64,000 nucleotides of DNA. It comes from an uncultured Planctomycetia bacterium. GTDB taxonomy: Bacteria > Omnitrophota > Gorgyraeia > 2-02-FULL-51-18. Location of the stretch: NCBI GenBank assembly GCA_964606485.1, contig CAZSGP010000001.1, forward strand, positions 33,085 through 97,084, written 5' to 3'. A program made the translations under genes and the position numbers. The notes below the pieces were generated by a model. The model was not told the origin of the DNA. It did no database searches and saw nothing but the letters and a program-made list of their open reading frames with translations. Shown here piece by piece: positions 38,231-50,900 of this stretch (within the stretch, counting starts at the first letter, position 1; every line of letters begins with the position of its first letter).

Positions 38231-39679
38231 ATGATAGTTATCGTTGTTACGATTGCCATTATTGTCGGTATTATTGGCGCTGTGGCACTTGTGAAGACCG
38301 CACAATCCCAGAAAGAGATCGACGTCAATGTTTTGGACGTCAAAAAAATTTCCCTCGACACTTCTACCATTCCTAATGCGATCCGCGACAAAGTGAAGAA
38401 GCTTCCTCTTCGCGGTGAAAACACCGAAGAGACGGTGAAGGCTATTTCTAAGATGGTTGAAGAGCAAACGCATCAAATGCTACAGGACATTAAAGACGAG
38501 TACTCTGTGAAGTACCAAGTCATTGAGCAGCAGAAAAACAAAGAAGTGGAAGTGGTTAAGAAAGAGTATGAACAAGTTAAGGAAAAATACGATGAGGCTA
38601 GTAAAAATTTTAAAAAGGTAGAAAAAGAAAAACAGCAGACGGACGCTGTGGTGAAGAGTATTGCCGAAGGACTCGTGGTGGTGAATCAAAAAGGGGAAGT
38701 GCTGCTCATGAACCCGACTGCCGAAAAATTACTGGGTGTCGGCAAGAAAAATAATATCGGCAAGAACATCATGGATACGGCATCTGACGATCTTATGATT
38801 TCGCTCAGCAAGCCCGCTGGCGACGGCGATGACAAAGTGATAGAATACAAGGCCAAAGACGAAAATACGAAGAAGATCCTGCGCTCCTCCAGCGCTATAA
38901 TTCAGAATGAGAATGGGGAAACCGTTGGAATGGTAAACATTCTAACGGACGTCACCAAGCAAAAAGAGCTAGATGAAATAAAAAATAAATTTTTGTCAAA
39001 CGTGACGCACGAGCTTCGTACGCCGATCGTGGCCATGCAAAAGGCGATTGCGATCTTGATGAATCCGCAGGCCGGTTCTTTGAATGAAACGCAGCAGAAT
39101 TTTTTTAATATCATCACCCGCAATATGGCTCATTTGAGCCGCTTGGTTGAGGATCTTCTTGATGTCGCGAAGATTGAGGCGGGGAAGATGCAGATTAAAA
39201 TTGCTCCAAATCGGCTGGATAAAGTAATCGTCGACGCGTGCGAAACGCTCGACACTTGGGCGAAGTCCAAGAATATTCAGATGGATAGAGAAATTGATAA
39301 AAGTTTACCGGAGTTTCCTTTTGACCCAGGGAGAATTACCCAAGTTTTAAACAACTTGATTAGTAACGCGGTGAAGTTTACGCCAACAGGGGGAAAGATT
39401 ACGGTTAAAAGCGGCTGGTCGAAGGATATGTCTAAAGTTGAGGTGCGCGTGATGGATACCGGAGTGGGCATCTCTAAAGAAGATCAGAGAAAGCTTTTTG
39501 GACGTTTCGAGCAGTTTGGGGATCAGCAGGGAATCATGGGGACGGGTTTGGGCCTTTCGATCACGAAAGAGATTATCGAGCGCCACGGAGGAGAGATTTC
39601 CGTGGAAAGCGAGCCTAAAAAAGGAGCAACATTTATGTTTTCCTTGCCGATCCGGCCCCACGTGCAAGCTAAATTTTAA
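38231..39679 (+). CDS. sensor histidine kinase (TM, coiled-coil, PAS, HisKA, HATPase_c)
   Basis: HisKA H-box [12 protein letters not shown] plus N, G1 and G2 boxes ([24 protein letters not shown]). Confidence 0.9.
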   Translation: MIVIVVTIAIIVGIIGAVALVKTAQSQKEIDVNVLDVKKISLDTSTIPNAIRDKVKKLPLRGENTEETVKAISKMVEEQTHQMLQDIKDEYSVKYQVIEQQKNKEVEVVKKEYEQVKEKYDEASKNFKKVEKEKQQTDAVVKSIAEGLVVVNQKGEVLLMNPTAEKLLGVGKKNNIGKNIMDTASDDLMISLSKPAGDGDDKVIEYKAKDENTKKILRSSSAIIQNENGETVGMVNILTDVTKQKELDEIKNKFLSNVTHELRTPIVAMQKAIAILMNPQAGSLNETQQNFFNIITRNMAHLSRLVEDLLDVAKIEAGKMQIKIAPNRLDKVIVDACETLDTWAKSKNIQMDREIDKSLPEFPFDPGRITQVLNNLISNAVKFTPTGGKITVKSGWSKDMSKVEVRVMDTGVGISKEDQRKLFGRFEQFGDQQGIMGTGLGLSITKEIIERHGGEISVESEPKKGATFMFSLPIRPHVQAKF

Positions 39680-39702
39680 CAGTTTTAACAGGAGGTTGTA
39701 AG

Positions 39703-40095
39703 ATGTCGTCTCAAATTAAAATTCTTCTGATTGATGATCAACCAGATTTTTTAGCTACCATGTCCTTTTGGATGAAATCCAAAGGTTATGAAGTTCAGAC
39801 TGCTCCGGACGGATCAGCGGGCGTGGAAGCCGTGCGGCAGGGCGGGATGGATTTGGTTTTTATTGATTTTAAAATGCCGGTGATGAACGGGGTTGAAGCG
39901 CTCACCAAAATTCGCGAATTCAACAAGACCATTCCTGTGATCATGGTCACCGCACACGCCGATGACGCGATGGTGCATCAACTCAAAGATTTGAATATTG
40001 CAGGATTTTTCTCCAAAATGGGCGAGTTCGAGGAGCTTGAGCAGGTTTTGAGCGTCGTGCTTCGCCGCCTCAAAAAAACACCGACCGCCGAATGA
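39703..40095 (+). CDS. stand-alone response-regulator receiver domain protein
   Basis: KILLIDDQ ... FIDFKMP receiver fold with no output domain. Adjacent to the histidine kinase. Confidence 0.88.
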   Translation: MSSQIKILLIDDQPDFLATMSFWMKSKGYEVQTAPDGSAGVEAVRQGGMDLVFIDFKMPVMNGVEALTKIREFNKTIPVIMVTAHADDAMVHQLKDLNIAGFFSKMGEFEELEQVLSVVLRRLKKTPTAE

Positions 40096-41222
40096 AATTT
40101 AAGGCATTCCCCGCAGCTTTAGCGGTATTTTTTTGTTTTTCAGCTTATGCCGCCACCGATGAAAGTGTTGTTTCAATCGGGGTGGTGGCGCCGCTCACTG
40201 GTGATCAGGCCTATATCGGAACGGGTGTTCAGCAAGGCGTCCAAATGGCTGTCGAAGACGCCAATATCAAGGGTCCTGTTTTTGGAAACACCAAACTAAA
40301 AGTTCTGCCGCTTGATGACCAGCATAATCCTACCCAAGCGGTGCTTGCGGCGAACAAATTTGCGGCAGACAGTTCGGTGGTGGCCGTGGTCGGACATTTT
40401 AATTCGAGCTGCAGCAAGGCTGCGTCTTCCATTTACCACGAAGCGCGTTTAGCACAAATCAGTCCCGGTTCCACCAATCCTGAAATATCCAAACAAGGGT
40501 ACGACACTTTTTTTCGCGTGTGCGCAACGGATGATGTGCAGGCTCCGGCAGGGGCAGATTTTATTTTTAAAAAATTGGGCCTTAAAAAAATTATTTTAAT
40601 TGATGATCAAACCACTTACGGGAAGGGGCTTGCCGACGAGCTCGATAAGCGCTTTAAGAGTCTCGGTGGAGAAGTGCTTTTTAGAAGCGGAATCACGCAG
40701 GGCGAAAAAGATTTTACACCGCTTTTAACCAAAGTAAAATCCATGAAGCCGGAGCTTGTGTTTTACGGCGGGGTATACCCAGAGCTCGCTTTGCTTCTCA
40801 AGCAAGCCAAAAAAATAGGTCTGAGTGTGCCTTGGATGGGAGGCGACGGAATTTTTGACGTGACCTTGATTCAGCTTGCGGGCGCTTCCAGTGAGGGCGT
40901 ATATTCGACGATGATCGGTGTCGATCCCCATTCGCTACCGGCGGCACAAGACTTTGTCGCACGGTATGAGGCGCGGTATGGCGAGATTGGTTCATATTCC
41001 TCGTACGCCTATGATGCTACGAATATTTTAATTGAAGCCATCCGGAAGGCGGGTCGTCCTGACCGCGAAGCGGTGCTCAAAGAAGTTCACGCCACCAAAG
41101 ATTTCCCGGGAATTTTAGGGCCGGTGAATTTTGACGCAAACGGCGACGCCATCGGTAAGAGCATTGGTATTTTTCAAGTTCAAGGTGGAAAATTTGTTTT
41201 CTTGCAAGAGGTAGGGGCGTGA
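40092..41222 (+). CDS. livK: branched-chain amino acid ABC transporter substrate-binding protein (LivK/LivJ-like)
   Basis: Signal peptide and a periplasmic-binding-protein type I fold. It sits upstream of livHMGF. Confidence 0.88.
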   Translation: MKFKAFPAALAVFFCFSAYAATDESVVSIGVVAPLTGDQAYIGTGVQQGVQMAVEDANIKGPVFGNTKLKVLPLDDQHNPTQAVLAANKFAADSSVVAVVGHFNSSCSKAASSIYHEARLAQISPGSTNPEISKQGYDTFFRVCATDDVQAPAGADFIFKKLGLKKIILIDDQTTYGKGLADELDKRFKSLGGEVLFRSGITQGEKDFTPLLTKVKSMKPELVFYGGVYPELALLLKQAKKIGLSVPWMGGDGIFDVTLIQLAGASSEGVYSTMIGVDPHSLPAAQDFVARYEARYGEIGSYSSYAYDATNILIEAIRKAGRPDREAVLKEVHATKDFPGILGPVNFDANGDAIGKSIGIFQVQGGKFVFLQEVGA

Positions 41223-41272
41223 TTCATCACGCCCTTCTTTAAATACGGGCGCAATGAATTGCGCCCCTACGA

Positions 41273-42181
41273 TTGATGGATCTTTTCCTACAACAACTCC
41301 TCAACGGCCTCACCATTGGCATGATGTACGCGCTGATTGCGCTTGGGTACACCATGGTCTACGGCGTCATTCAGCTGATTAATTTCGCGCACGGTGAAAT
41401 TTTTATGAGTGGGGCGTATCTGGCGATGACCGCGATGAGTCTCGCGGCCCTCTGGTTTGTCGGCGCACCTTTTTGGGCTCTGCTTATTTTTATTTTTGTT
41501 TTTTCGATGCTTGGTTCTGGAATATTAGGCGCTGTCATCGAAAAAGTTGCCTACCGGCCCCTTCGAAAATCACCGAAACTTAGCGCGCTGATCACTTCTA
41601 TCGGCGTTTCCTTTTTTTTGCAGAATGCCGTGATGCTTTTGTATGGCTCGAAAGAGCAAAACGTTCCCGAAATCATTCCAACCGTGATTTTTAATGTGGG
41701 AAACGTCTCAATCTCGCTGATTCAGATCATCGTGTTTAGCGTCTCGACGGGCCTTATGCTAATGCTAACCTGGTTTATAAAAAATACGATGATGGGTAAG
41801 GCGATGCGTGCTACTGCGGAGAACCCGGATGCAGCGAAGCTCGTGGGGATTCCTGTGAATCGGGTGATTCTCTCAACATTTGTGCTGGGGTCAATGCTCG
41901 CCTCGGTGGCGGGGGCACTGTTTGGAATGACGTACGGGAGCATTAGTTTTCATGACGGGTACTTGGCGGGCTTAAAAGCTTTTACGGCGGCGGTGCTAGG
42001 CGGCATTGGGAGCGTTCCGGGCGCGATGCTGGGCGGTGTGCTGCTCGGCGTTGTCGAAGGTTTTGGCGCCGGCTATTTTTCATCCCAGTGGAAAGACGTG
42101 TTTGCTTTTATTCTTTTAGGAGCGGTTCTAATTTTGCGTCCCTCAGGACTGCTTGGCGAAAATACTCCGGATAAAGTTTGA
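41273..42181 (+). CDS. livH: branched-chain amino acid ABC transporter permease LivH
   Basis: 302-aa permease of the LivH family. Confidence 0.9.
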   Translation: MMDLFLQQLLNGLTIGMMYALIALGYTMVYGVIQLINFAHGEIFMSGAYLAMTAMSLAALWFVGAPFWALLIFIFVFSMLGSGILGAVIEKVAYRPLRKSPKLSALITSIGVSFFLQNAVMLLYGSKEQNVPEIIPTVIFNVGNVSISLIQIIVFSVSTGLMLMLTWFIKNTMMGKAMRATAENPDAAKLVGIPVNRVILSTFVLGSMLASVAGALFGMTYGSISFHDGYLAGLKAFTAAVLGGIGSVPGAMLGGVLLGVVEGFGAGYFSSQWKDVFAFILLGAVLILRPSGLLGENTPDKV

Positions 42182-43134
42182 GAAAACGACACACTTTTTT
42201 TCAAATTCTTGTAGTTTGCGGAACGCTTGCGCTCTTTCCGCTTATCGACCACAACGCGTATCACATAGACGTGATGACGAATGTGGGTATCTACGCGATT
42301 CTCGCCATGGGTTTAAATGTGGGTGTGGGTCTTGCGGGACTTCTCAATCTCGGTTACGCCGCTTTTTTTGCGATCGGTGCGTATGCGTACGCGCTCCTCA
42401 ATCTCCACTGGCATTGTCCGTTTTGGATTGGGCTCCCACTTGCCGGAATCTGCTCTATGTTCTTTGGAGTGCTGATTGGGCTCCCGTCGATTCGCGTGAG
42501 AGGGGATTACCTGGCTATCACCACGCTGGGCTTTGGCGAAATTGTAAGAATTGTGTTTAATAATTCTGACGCCTGGAGCGGCGGGCCAAACGGCTTGCTT
42601 GGTATCGACCGGCCGAATTTTTTTGGATTTTCATTTTCGGTGAATGCCACGCCGTATTATTATCTCACCGTTGTTCTCATCGGAATCACCGCATTTCTTT
42701 TATTCATGCTTTGCCGCTCTAAAATCGGCCGCGCACTCGTGGCCATTCGTGAAGACGAACTCGCCGCTTCTTGCATGGGTGTAAACGTAGTGCAAATTAA
42801 GCTTATTGCTTTTGGCATCAGTGCGTTCATTGCGGGAGTTGCGGGTTCGGTATTTGCGGCTAAGCAAACCATTGTGACGCCGGATAGTTTCGATTTTGTA
42901 TTTTCCGTTTTAATTTTAGCCATGGTCGTGCTCGGGGGTCTCGGCAATATTTGGGGGGCAGCGCTTGGGGCGCTCGTGCTCGGGATTTTACCTGAGCTTT
43001 TACGCGAATTCGCCAATTACCGCATGTTGATTTTCGGAATGCTGATGGTTGTGATGATGATTTTTAGGCCTCAAGGAATTCTCGGGAGCCAACTCATTAA
43101 ACGCGAATTCGGCGCATCGCGTGAGGGAAAATAA
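42178..43134 (+). CDS. livM: branched-chain amino acid ABC transporter permease LivM
   Basis: 318-aa LivM-family permease, translationally coupled to livH. Confidence 0.88.
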   Translation: MRKRHTFFQILVVCGTLALFPLIDHNAYHIDVMTNVGIYAILAMGLNVGVGLAGLLNLGYAAFFAIGAYAYALLNLHWHCPFWIGLPLAGICSMFFGVLIGLPSIRVRGDYLAITTLGFGEIVRIVFNNSDAWSGGPNGLLGIDRPNFFGFSFSVNATPYYYLTVVLIGITAFLLFMLCRSKIGRALVAIREDELAASCMGVNVVQIKLIAFGISAFIAGVAGSVFAAKQTIVTPDSFDFVFSVLILAMVVLGGLGNIWGAALGALVLGILPELLREFANYRMLIFGMLMVVMMIFRPQGILGSQLIKREFGASREGK

Positions 43135-43863
43135 ATGACGCTTTTGGACGTGCGCGGCATTCATAAAAACTTCGGAGGTGTAGCGGCCGTGAATGGCGTA
43201 AGCTTGAAGCTTGGTTATGGCGAAATTGTCGGGCTGATTGGCCCCAACGGCGCAGGCAAAACCTCCTTTTTTAATTGTGTCACAGGACTTATCAAGATCG
43301 ACGGCGGTGAAATTTTATTCGATCAAGGCCGTGAGCGGCTCGATGGACTTTCGCCCAACAGAATCGTAAAACTTGGCGTTGCGCGCACGTTTCAAAATCT
43401 AAGAATTTTTAAACACATGACAGTGATCGAAAACGTCTCGGTTGGGTTTCATTTGCAGAAAAAAAGAGACCGCGAAATTTTTTACGAGAGCGGAAAGCTT
43501 CTTGAAATGGTGGGGCTTTCCGGAAAAGAAAATGAAATCGCGGTGAATTTGTCCTATGGCGGGCAAAAGCGCTTGGAGATTGCTCGGGCGCTGGGTTGCC
43601 AGCCGAAGCTGCTCTGTCTTGATGAGCCGGTGGCTGGGATGAATCCGAGCGAAAAAGAAGAGATTGTGGGTTTGATCCGGAAGATTCGCGCAACCGGCGT
43701 TTCGATTTTAATCATCGAGCACGATATGAAAGTGGTGATGCCGCTATCCGACAAAGTGTTCGTGATGGACCAGGGTGAAAAAATTGCCGAAGGCGCTCCG
43801 CTTGACGTGCAGAATAACCCAAGAGTGATTCAGGCGTATCTCGGGGAGGCGACCCTTGCTTGA
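43135..43863 (+). CDS. livG: branched-chain amino acid ABC transporter ATPase LivG
   Basis: GPNGAGKTS Walker A, LSYGGQKRLEIARAL signature and the LivG-specific C-terminus. Confidence 0.92.
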   Translation: MTLLDVRGIHKNFGGVAAVNGVSLKLGYGEIVGLIGPNGAGKTSFFNCVTGLIKIDGGEILFDQGRERLDGLSPNRIVKLGVARTFQNLRIFKHMTVIENVSVGFHLQKKRDREIFYESGKLLEMVGLSGKENEIAVNLSYGGQKRLEIARALGCQPKLLCLDEPVAGMNPSEKEEIVGLIRKIRATGVSILIIEHDMKVVMPLSDKVFVMDQGEKIAEGAPLDVQNNPRVIQAYLGEATLA

Positions 43864-44560
43864 ACTAAAGCACGTTTACACGCGCTACGCAAATGTGGAG
43901 TGCCTCAAAGGAATTAATCTTGCTGTAAAGGCGGGGGAGATTGTGGCGCTTCTCGGAGCCAATGGCGCCGGCAAAACCACGGTGCTAAAAACCATTTCAG
44001 GGCTTGTGGCGCCCTCAGCCGGCGAAGTCTTTTTAAAGGGAAAATCCATTTCGGCCCTTGAAGCGCATGAAGTGGTGAAGCTCGGCATTGCCCACGTTCC
44101 CGAGGGCCGGAAAATATTTCAACGGCTTTCGGTTTTAGAAAATTTAGAACTCGGCTCTTTTACGCGAAATGATAAAAAAGAAATTCGGTCTGACCTCGAC
44201 GAAATTTTTAAAACATTTCCCATTCTCAAAAAGCGACTTGCTCAAAAAGCAGGAACACTTTCTGGGGGAGAGCAGCAGATGCTCGCGATTGGCCGCGGGC
44301 TCATGTCGCGGCCGGCGGTGTTGCTGCTAGATGAACCGTCACTCGGTCTCGCACCCATTTTGGTTTCTCAAATTTTTGGAATGATCGAAGCCATTCACAA
44401 AAAAGGAACGACGATTCTCTTGGTTGAACAAAACGCACACATGGCGCTTAAGGTGGCGTCGCGCGCGTATGTTTTAGAGACGGGGGAAATGGTGTTGGAA
44501 GGAAAATCGTCCGACTTAAAAAGTAATCCGAAAGTGCAGAGCGCGTATTTGGGTGGCTAG
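43856..44560 (+). CDS. livF: branched-chain amino acid ABC transporter ATPase LivF
   Basis: GANGAGKTT Walker A, LSGGEQQMLAIGRGL signature and LLLDEPS Walker B. Confidence 0.92.
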   Translation: MLELKHVYTRYANVECLKGINLAVKAGEIVALLGANGAGKTTVLKTISGLVAPSAGEVFLKGKSISALEAHEVVKLGIAHVPEGRKIFQRLSVLENLELGSFTRNDKKEIRSDLDEIFKTFPILKKRLAQKAGTLSGGEQQMLAIGRGLMSRPAVLLLDEPSLGLAPILVSQIFGMIEAIHKKGTTILLVEQNAHMALKVASRAYVLETGEMVLEGKSSDLKSNPKVQSAYLGG

Positions 44561-44576
44561 GTCGCGCTCTTTTTTA
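44539..44576. terminator. rho-independent terminator at the liv operon end (possibly bidirectional)
   Basis: AGAGCGCG ... CGCGCTCT 8-bp stem followed by TTTTTT. It overlaps the livF stop. Confidence 0.6.
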
Positions 44577-44763
44577 AAACGAAATTGAGTTTTCCGGATT
44601 TATCGAGCGTAATATCCAACAAGCGGTCTTGGAGCGATTTTTTGTGTTTAGTGCAGAGAAGCACCGGAAACATCTCATCGGGCATCGGCACGACATTGGT
44701 AACCGTTTCGATTTCGACGTTTTGACTGGACCCGCAAACTGAGCAAATTTTTTCGAGATTCAT
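44557..44763 (-). CDS. small hypothetical protein with CxxC...CxxH zinc-ribbon-like motif
   Basis: 68-aa ORF convergent to livF, carrying CSVCGS ... LLCTKH. There is no homology evidence, so it may be spurious. Confidence 0.3.
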   Translation of the reverse strand: MNLEKICSVCGSSQNVEIETVTNVVPMPDEMFPVLLCTKHKKSLQDRLLDITLDKSGKLNFVLKKSAT

Positions 44764-44935
44764 GGCTAATTAATTTGCATTCTACCGAATTTTTCCTGAC
44801 TTGTCAAAGATAATCAAAATTGGTTAATTCTGATTAAACTCGCTAAGAAGAAATTTTCGAATTTCTCGACTTAGGCGCTGGTATTCTCGGCTCCCGTCAG
44901 GCATACTTTGTTCACCGTTTTCTAGCGGCCAAACT

Positions 44936-47900
44936 ATGCCCATATTTAACAAACATTTTAAATTTAAAAAAATTAGTTTCTTGAGAGCTATTTCTTTAGC
45001 TTTGTTAATGGCCTTTATAGGTCAAGATCTTCTCTGGGCTAGTCCTGATCTCAAATTTGAACACCCCACTCAAAATCTCAAATGGGCCAAAAGTATTCTC
45101 CCTAGTCTTCCCGAAACTGTCGTAAAACTAGAAGATGCCTGGAAGGCCTGCCTGCCGGTAGGCAAGGGGCCGGACCCCTCTGGCACCGTGATTCTTATTC
45201 AAGACGCTCACACGAATCCTTCAGGGCAGATGAATTTGGCCAAGACGTTGGATCTTGTCTTATCTAGTCGGCGGGACCTGTCAGCGACTCATATCTTCCT
45301 CGAAGCGGGAACCGGCGACGACTCTCTGTCGTATCTAAGAAAGAACGGCTCTCTCAAAGATCGTCAACAGATCGCCATGAAATATTTAAAAAAAGGCGAA
45401 CTTCATGGAGAGGAATATTTAGATCTTACTTCGAATCACAACATTACGCTCTGGGGCGTTGAAGACAAAGTACTTTACTTAAAAGCACTTCGAGACTACA
45501 AAGTCGTTGCATCCCAAAGAAGCAAGTTTCAAAACACTCTCGATAAAATCAAAGTCACGACTCAAGTTTTAAAACCTAGAATCTTAAACCCACTGCTCTT
45601 GTCTCTTGAAGACAGTCGCCAGAAATTTCAAAAAGGGGAGCTCTCCTTTACGGAATATGCAGATTTTCTTTTGACGCTTCAAAAATCAGTAGAAAGCTCC
45701 CATACTTATTCTCATCTTACGAAGCTCGGCAAATTCAAGGGTTTGGAGCAAAAACTCGCGGCTCGGAAAGTGTCGGCCCGCCATCAAAAAGCGATTGTAA
45801 GCCGGCTTCTTAAAGCGTCCAAGGCGCTAGATTACGCACAGGTGCTGAGCGAGCAAAAAGCGCTCGAGCTTGAACTCTTTCAGGCGCTTATCCAAAACGA
45901 AGAGGAGCGGCGATTCATTGATTGCATTAAACTCCAGGAGTTTTACCGGAAACTTTTTAATTTCTCGCTGACACCGGAGGAATACAAAGAATTTAAAAGT
46001 TTGAACTTAAATATTCAATCGCTGACTGGCTTTCTCAACCGTCAAATTATGTCTCTAGGAAGTTACTACGAGAACGCTTTATTTCTTGAGCCGGGGTTTG
46101 ATGAAGTGATTCAAAAGGCTGAAGACTTCTATGGGTTGACACTCAAGCGCGATGAGAAATTTGTTGAGAATATGCTGAGTCAAAGCGAGAAGCAGCGGGT
46201 GGCGGCGGTAGGTGTCCGTCTCGAAAACACCGAAGGTGGCTTTCGAACGGACAACCGCCAGGCAGCCTGCCTGCCGGCAGGCAGGGACCCGCTGCGGACG
46301 GCCGCCGTTCTGATTACAGGTGGTTACCACACTCCCAATCTCAAAAACATTCTGAAATCCAAAAATATTTCCTACATTTCCCTGATTCCCCAGGTGACTC
46401 AAGAAACCAATCAGAAACGATACGAAAAAATTCTCTTTGGTCAAAATCTTCAAGAGAGCCATTTTCCCAAAATTCAAGGAGCGGTTCCAAGTTCTATGAT
46501 GACGGCCCCTCAGGCTGAGGTTGCGGGGAGTCGGTTGGTGGGGGAAATCGCGGCGCTACCTCGCAATTCCACCCCGGAGGTGGTGATAGGTTGCCAAAAA
46601 GTTAGTTTTGGCGCCCGCCTAGCAATCATCGTCATGCCACATTTGTCGGTTCCGCTAGCGATGAGTAAGCGGGCTTTCGGAGTTGCATCCAGTTTTCTGG
46701 GACACGAAAAAGCGGTGATTGAGGATTATTCGCTGAAGGTTGCGAAAGAGCTGAAGGAAGACGGTTTTAATTTTCACAAAAAAGAATACAAGAACATGCT
46801 TTTCCGGTGTCTCGAAGTGTTATTTGCGCCCGCTTTTTTGGAGAACACCCAACAGAAACTGATTTTGATCGGCAAAATGGAGGATTTTCTTAAAGAATTT
46901 AAAATGATTCTCGGTAATTTCAGACCGGCAAAAAATGAGGAGATGTCGGATTTTTCGGTGGTGGACATCGGCTGGTATTTTCTGGTTCGACTTTTAACCA
47001 TTCAAAGTATGAAAGTGCAGTGGACTCCGCATGATCAGATGGCTGCTCATGATGATTTGCTTAGGCGAGCGATTGCAACGGTGTTGAGAGACGCCAAGGC
47101 CTTGCAGTCCGATGCCAGGTTATTTTTCGAAATCAATAAGGAATTTGCGCTTCGCGCCGAGAAAATGATGAGGGCAGTTGGAAGTCTTTCGTTGTCTCAG
47201 GATTTTCGCACTCGTTTTTTTCATGCGCTTGAATGGTTTGTGAGCTACGTCGAAAATCCCTCTGCGGATTTTGAGGATGACGCCGTTACGGTTAAGGAAT
47301 TAGTTTCTTTTGAGCCGGTGGGCAAGTCGATTGCTAAAGAAGCCGCTGAAAATCGGATCACCGAAGATTTGCTAAATCGACTGCGACTCGTGTTTGCTCC
47401 GGTGGAAAGCCCGGAAGAAGAAATTTGGCACGAACCGCTGGATTACTTTGCAAGTTTGCTGAATCCCGAAAAAATAAGAGTGATGCAACTGTCTCCGGCT
47501 ATGGGTTTTCAAGATCAACCCGTCGATGGTGACACTAGCGGTTTATCGAGAACATTTCTTTTTCAAATTAGGTGGTTTGAGGCGCTAACTCAGAAAAACC
47601 ACAGCTATAACCGGTGGATTGTGCCGGACATGGACGCTTATCTTGAACCACTAATTGCGGAGCTAAGTTCCGACCCGAGTGCCATTGACCGGTGTCTCAG
47701 CAAGCTTCCGGATTATTTCTCAAGCGCCGGACCGTCCCCCGAGCGTATGACCTTGCGCGAGTATTTGGGATTAGACAGCGTCATCTTAAGTGACCGCGCC
47801 CGCATGTCTCTTCTTTTTTTTCAGGAATTAAAAAAAGCGTCAATTCGACAGAATGCCAGCGTATTTTTACTACGCGAGCATGATTTAACTCTGGGTTCCA

Positions 47901-50900
47901 CTGTGGTGAGACACGGAGCTCACAAGAAACGAACCAATCATTTGGAAGGCCTACTTAAAACAGGGCCGGTTTTAGTGCTAGGCTCTTTTGTTTTTGATGT
48001 GGAAACGACGGACGATTGGTTTGGGCTTTGTGTAGGAGACAAACAAATTGTTCGAATCAATCAGGAAAAATCAGATTATGTGGGAGGTTCTACGGCCTAT
48101 CACTTAATGGACGCTGTTGTTTTTACCGTTACGCAACTCGCGGAGAGCTTTAGTTGGGGAGCGGGTTCTTTGAAAACATCGGGCGTTTACATCAAGGATT
48201 CCGAAGGACTTAACCCTAAGCTCAGAGAATTTTTAGAACACGTGAAAAAGGAGCACGAAGGACAGCTTCAGGCTGGGTTGGCCGCTGATTTGAAGCAGCA
48301 GGCCTTGGGTAAAATTCATTATGTTGTTGTTACTAGAGTGACCGACGGGGAACGGGCACCGATTGAAAGGAGTCCGGAGAATAAGCGGACTCCGGCCGGA
48401 TCGTTGAGCGGCGCCCGCCTTGCGGCGTCACCGAAGTTTTGGCGCATAAAAAAATCGGTAGGGGGTTCGAGTGCGACGACAATCGGGGATCTCAAAATGA
48501 GCGCAATTCAAATTGCGGGCGAAATTGTCGACGCCGTGCATGGGCAAGTGCAAAAAGATAAATCTGCCGTGATGAGTGCTGAGAAGATGAAAAATCTGCT
48601 CTCGGGAATTATTGATAACGCTCTCGACGCCATTCAAGATGGTTTTCCTTCTCACAAATACGAAGGCGCGGAAATAGAGATCGAAGCCATTATTGGACAC
48701 GGCCGGCTTATCTTAAAAGTCAGTGATAATGGCGCGCCTTTTAGCAATGAAGCGATGGCGAATGCGGGTCGGCGAAGGTTTACCACTAAAGATCCTGATT
48801 TTGAAGGCAAGATTTATTATGGCGGTAACGGTATTTTTCTTAAGCGCACGTCTGAGCAAGTCAGGGGTTTGGGTGGAAAAATGTCGATTAGAAATTTTGC
48901 CGATCGCCAAGGCTCATGTGTGTCATTTAACCTGCCTTTCGAAGTTCCGTTGGGCGCGCGACTCGCCAGCACCCGTGATTTTAATCAAATGAGTGCGCAG
49001 GAAGTGCGAGCGACTTTGAAGGATCTTAAAGATTCCAAAGAAATAAAGGCCAAATCCATTTCAAAGGAATGGCAGGCTTTTCGAGCGTTCGGGAAGAGAC
49101 GCGTTGCGGGTGTTGTGGTGGTTCGTAAGATTGGCGGACGTTGGAGCTTTTTGATGGCCCGGCGAACCAATCACGGGGACAATGCGGGGCTCTTTACATT
49201 TCCCGCTGGAAAAAAAGAGAGGGGCGAGCCCGTTAAAAAGGCAGCTTCGAGAGAGCTTTCCGAAGAAGGTAAGATTTCGGTAAATTCCAACCGGTTGAAA
49301 ATTATGTTGGATGAATTTTACGGGTATAAACGGGAAATTCTTTTAAATTACTACGTTTTCGTCGACGCATCTGAAGAAAGTGAGATTGCGCCAACAAAGG
49401 AGCTCGACCATTTTACATGGGTTCCTCTGGATGAAATTATTTTGTCGAAACCTGGCGAATCCGCAAAAGCGGTCACGGCGTGGCTTGCGCTCAAAAATAC
49501 AGATTTAGCCAACATTGAAATTATCAGCGGAATTAATCCTAACGGACTCGAAAGCCTCCGAAATGTTTTTGCCAAAGTTTATGAACGCATCGAATCGAAG
49601 GAAAGTGCTGCGGCGCGGCTCGCCCAAGAAAGCCCCAATCCATTTTTTACAAAATCTGAATTTGAAGAAGCATGCCGAGCGTTAAAAGGTGTGGTGGTGA
49701 GAACGCCGTTGAGACGCTTAGAGCGAATGAGTAAGGCCGCCGGAAAACCGGTTTTCCTCAAGAACGAAGCCGAGCAAATCGGGGAAGCGTTTAAAATTAG
49801 AGGTGTTTACTACCAGGTTTATTGCGCGGTCCGCGAAGCAATCCAAGATGGGTTTAATTTTCTGGAAAATTTCTTAATTATTTTCACGCAGTCTACCGGC
49901 AACCACGGAATTGCCATGATTTTATCGGTGGCAAAAATCGTTAATTCGTTTGGGCAAAATAAAATCCTGCCAATTGTTTTTACATTCAAAGAGCTTCCGC
50001 CGGTGAAACGTTTTTTTATGGAGAAGGCGCTCGGCGAATACCGCAAGGCGAGCGGCAACCCCACTGCCGGAAAAATTGTGGACGAGGTGGATGGAAAACA
50101 GTTTGAGCATTACTCGGAAATGGTCCGGCACCGGAATTTATTTAAAGAAGAAAACGCCGCTGTGGCGCGCTACATGTCGCACGCGGACCCGAATATCATG
50201 CTTGGTCACGGCTCGGCGGGAATTGAAATTCATGAGCAATTAAACGAGGCGGGAATAGGGCCGAATAAAAAAGTGACACTCATTCTTCCGATTGGCGCGG
50301 GCGGGCCGCTCGGAATTGCCGCGGCACTTAAGCTTTCAAGGTCAAACGTAACGGTTGTAATGGTTCAGTGTCCGGATTTTGACGCATTTGTGCGAACGCT
50401 TCGGAGCGGAAAAACCCAGACCAACCCTAAGAAGGATCCCAAAGCTTATCTCCTCAACGGAAAGACAGTTTTTTTAAGAACGCTTGCGGACGGCATTGCA
50501 GTGGACGGCCCCGAAAATGAGCGCGCCGTTGAGATTGCACGCGAGTTTGTCGATCTCTCAGTTGTGGTAGATGACGCCCACGCAGTGGATAACGCCGGTG
50601 TCACGGTGTACCGCGATTTGCAAAAAAGTTTTGAAGAGACTCGGAAGCCGGTCGAAAGCGTGCGCGTGGGTGGGACCGCGGCGATTGCGGCACAAGCGAT
50701 TATCAATTTTAAAAATCGTCCCGAAATAAAAAATGCCGACGCAATTGTGGTGCTCGGAACCGAAGGAAATGTGATTGAAGAACTCACTGAGCATTTAGCG
50801 GGGCAGTCGATTCGGTATAGAGACGATGAACTATCAGTTGCGCTTATTCGGCAGGTTGATGAAAAGCCGTTAACCGTCGAGCAGGTATTCAGTTTACCAG

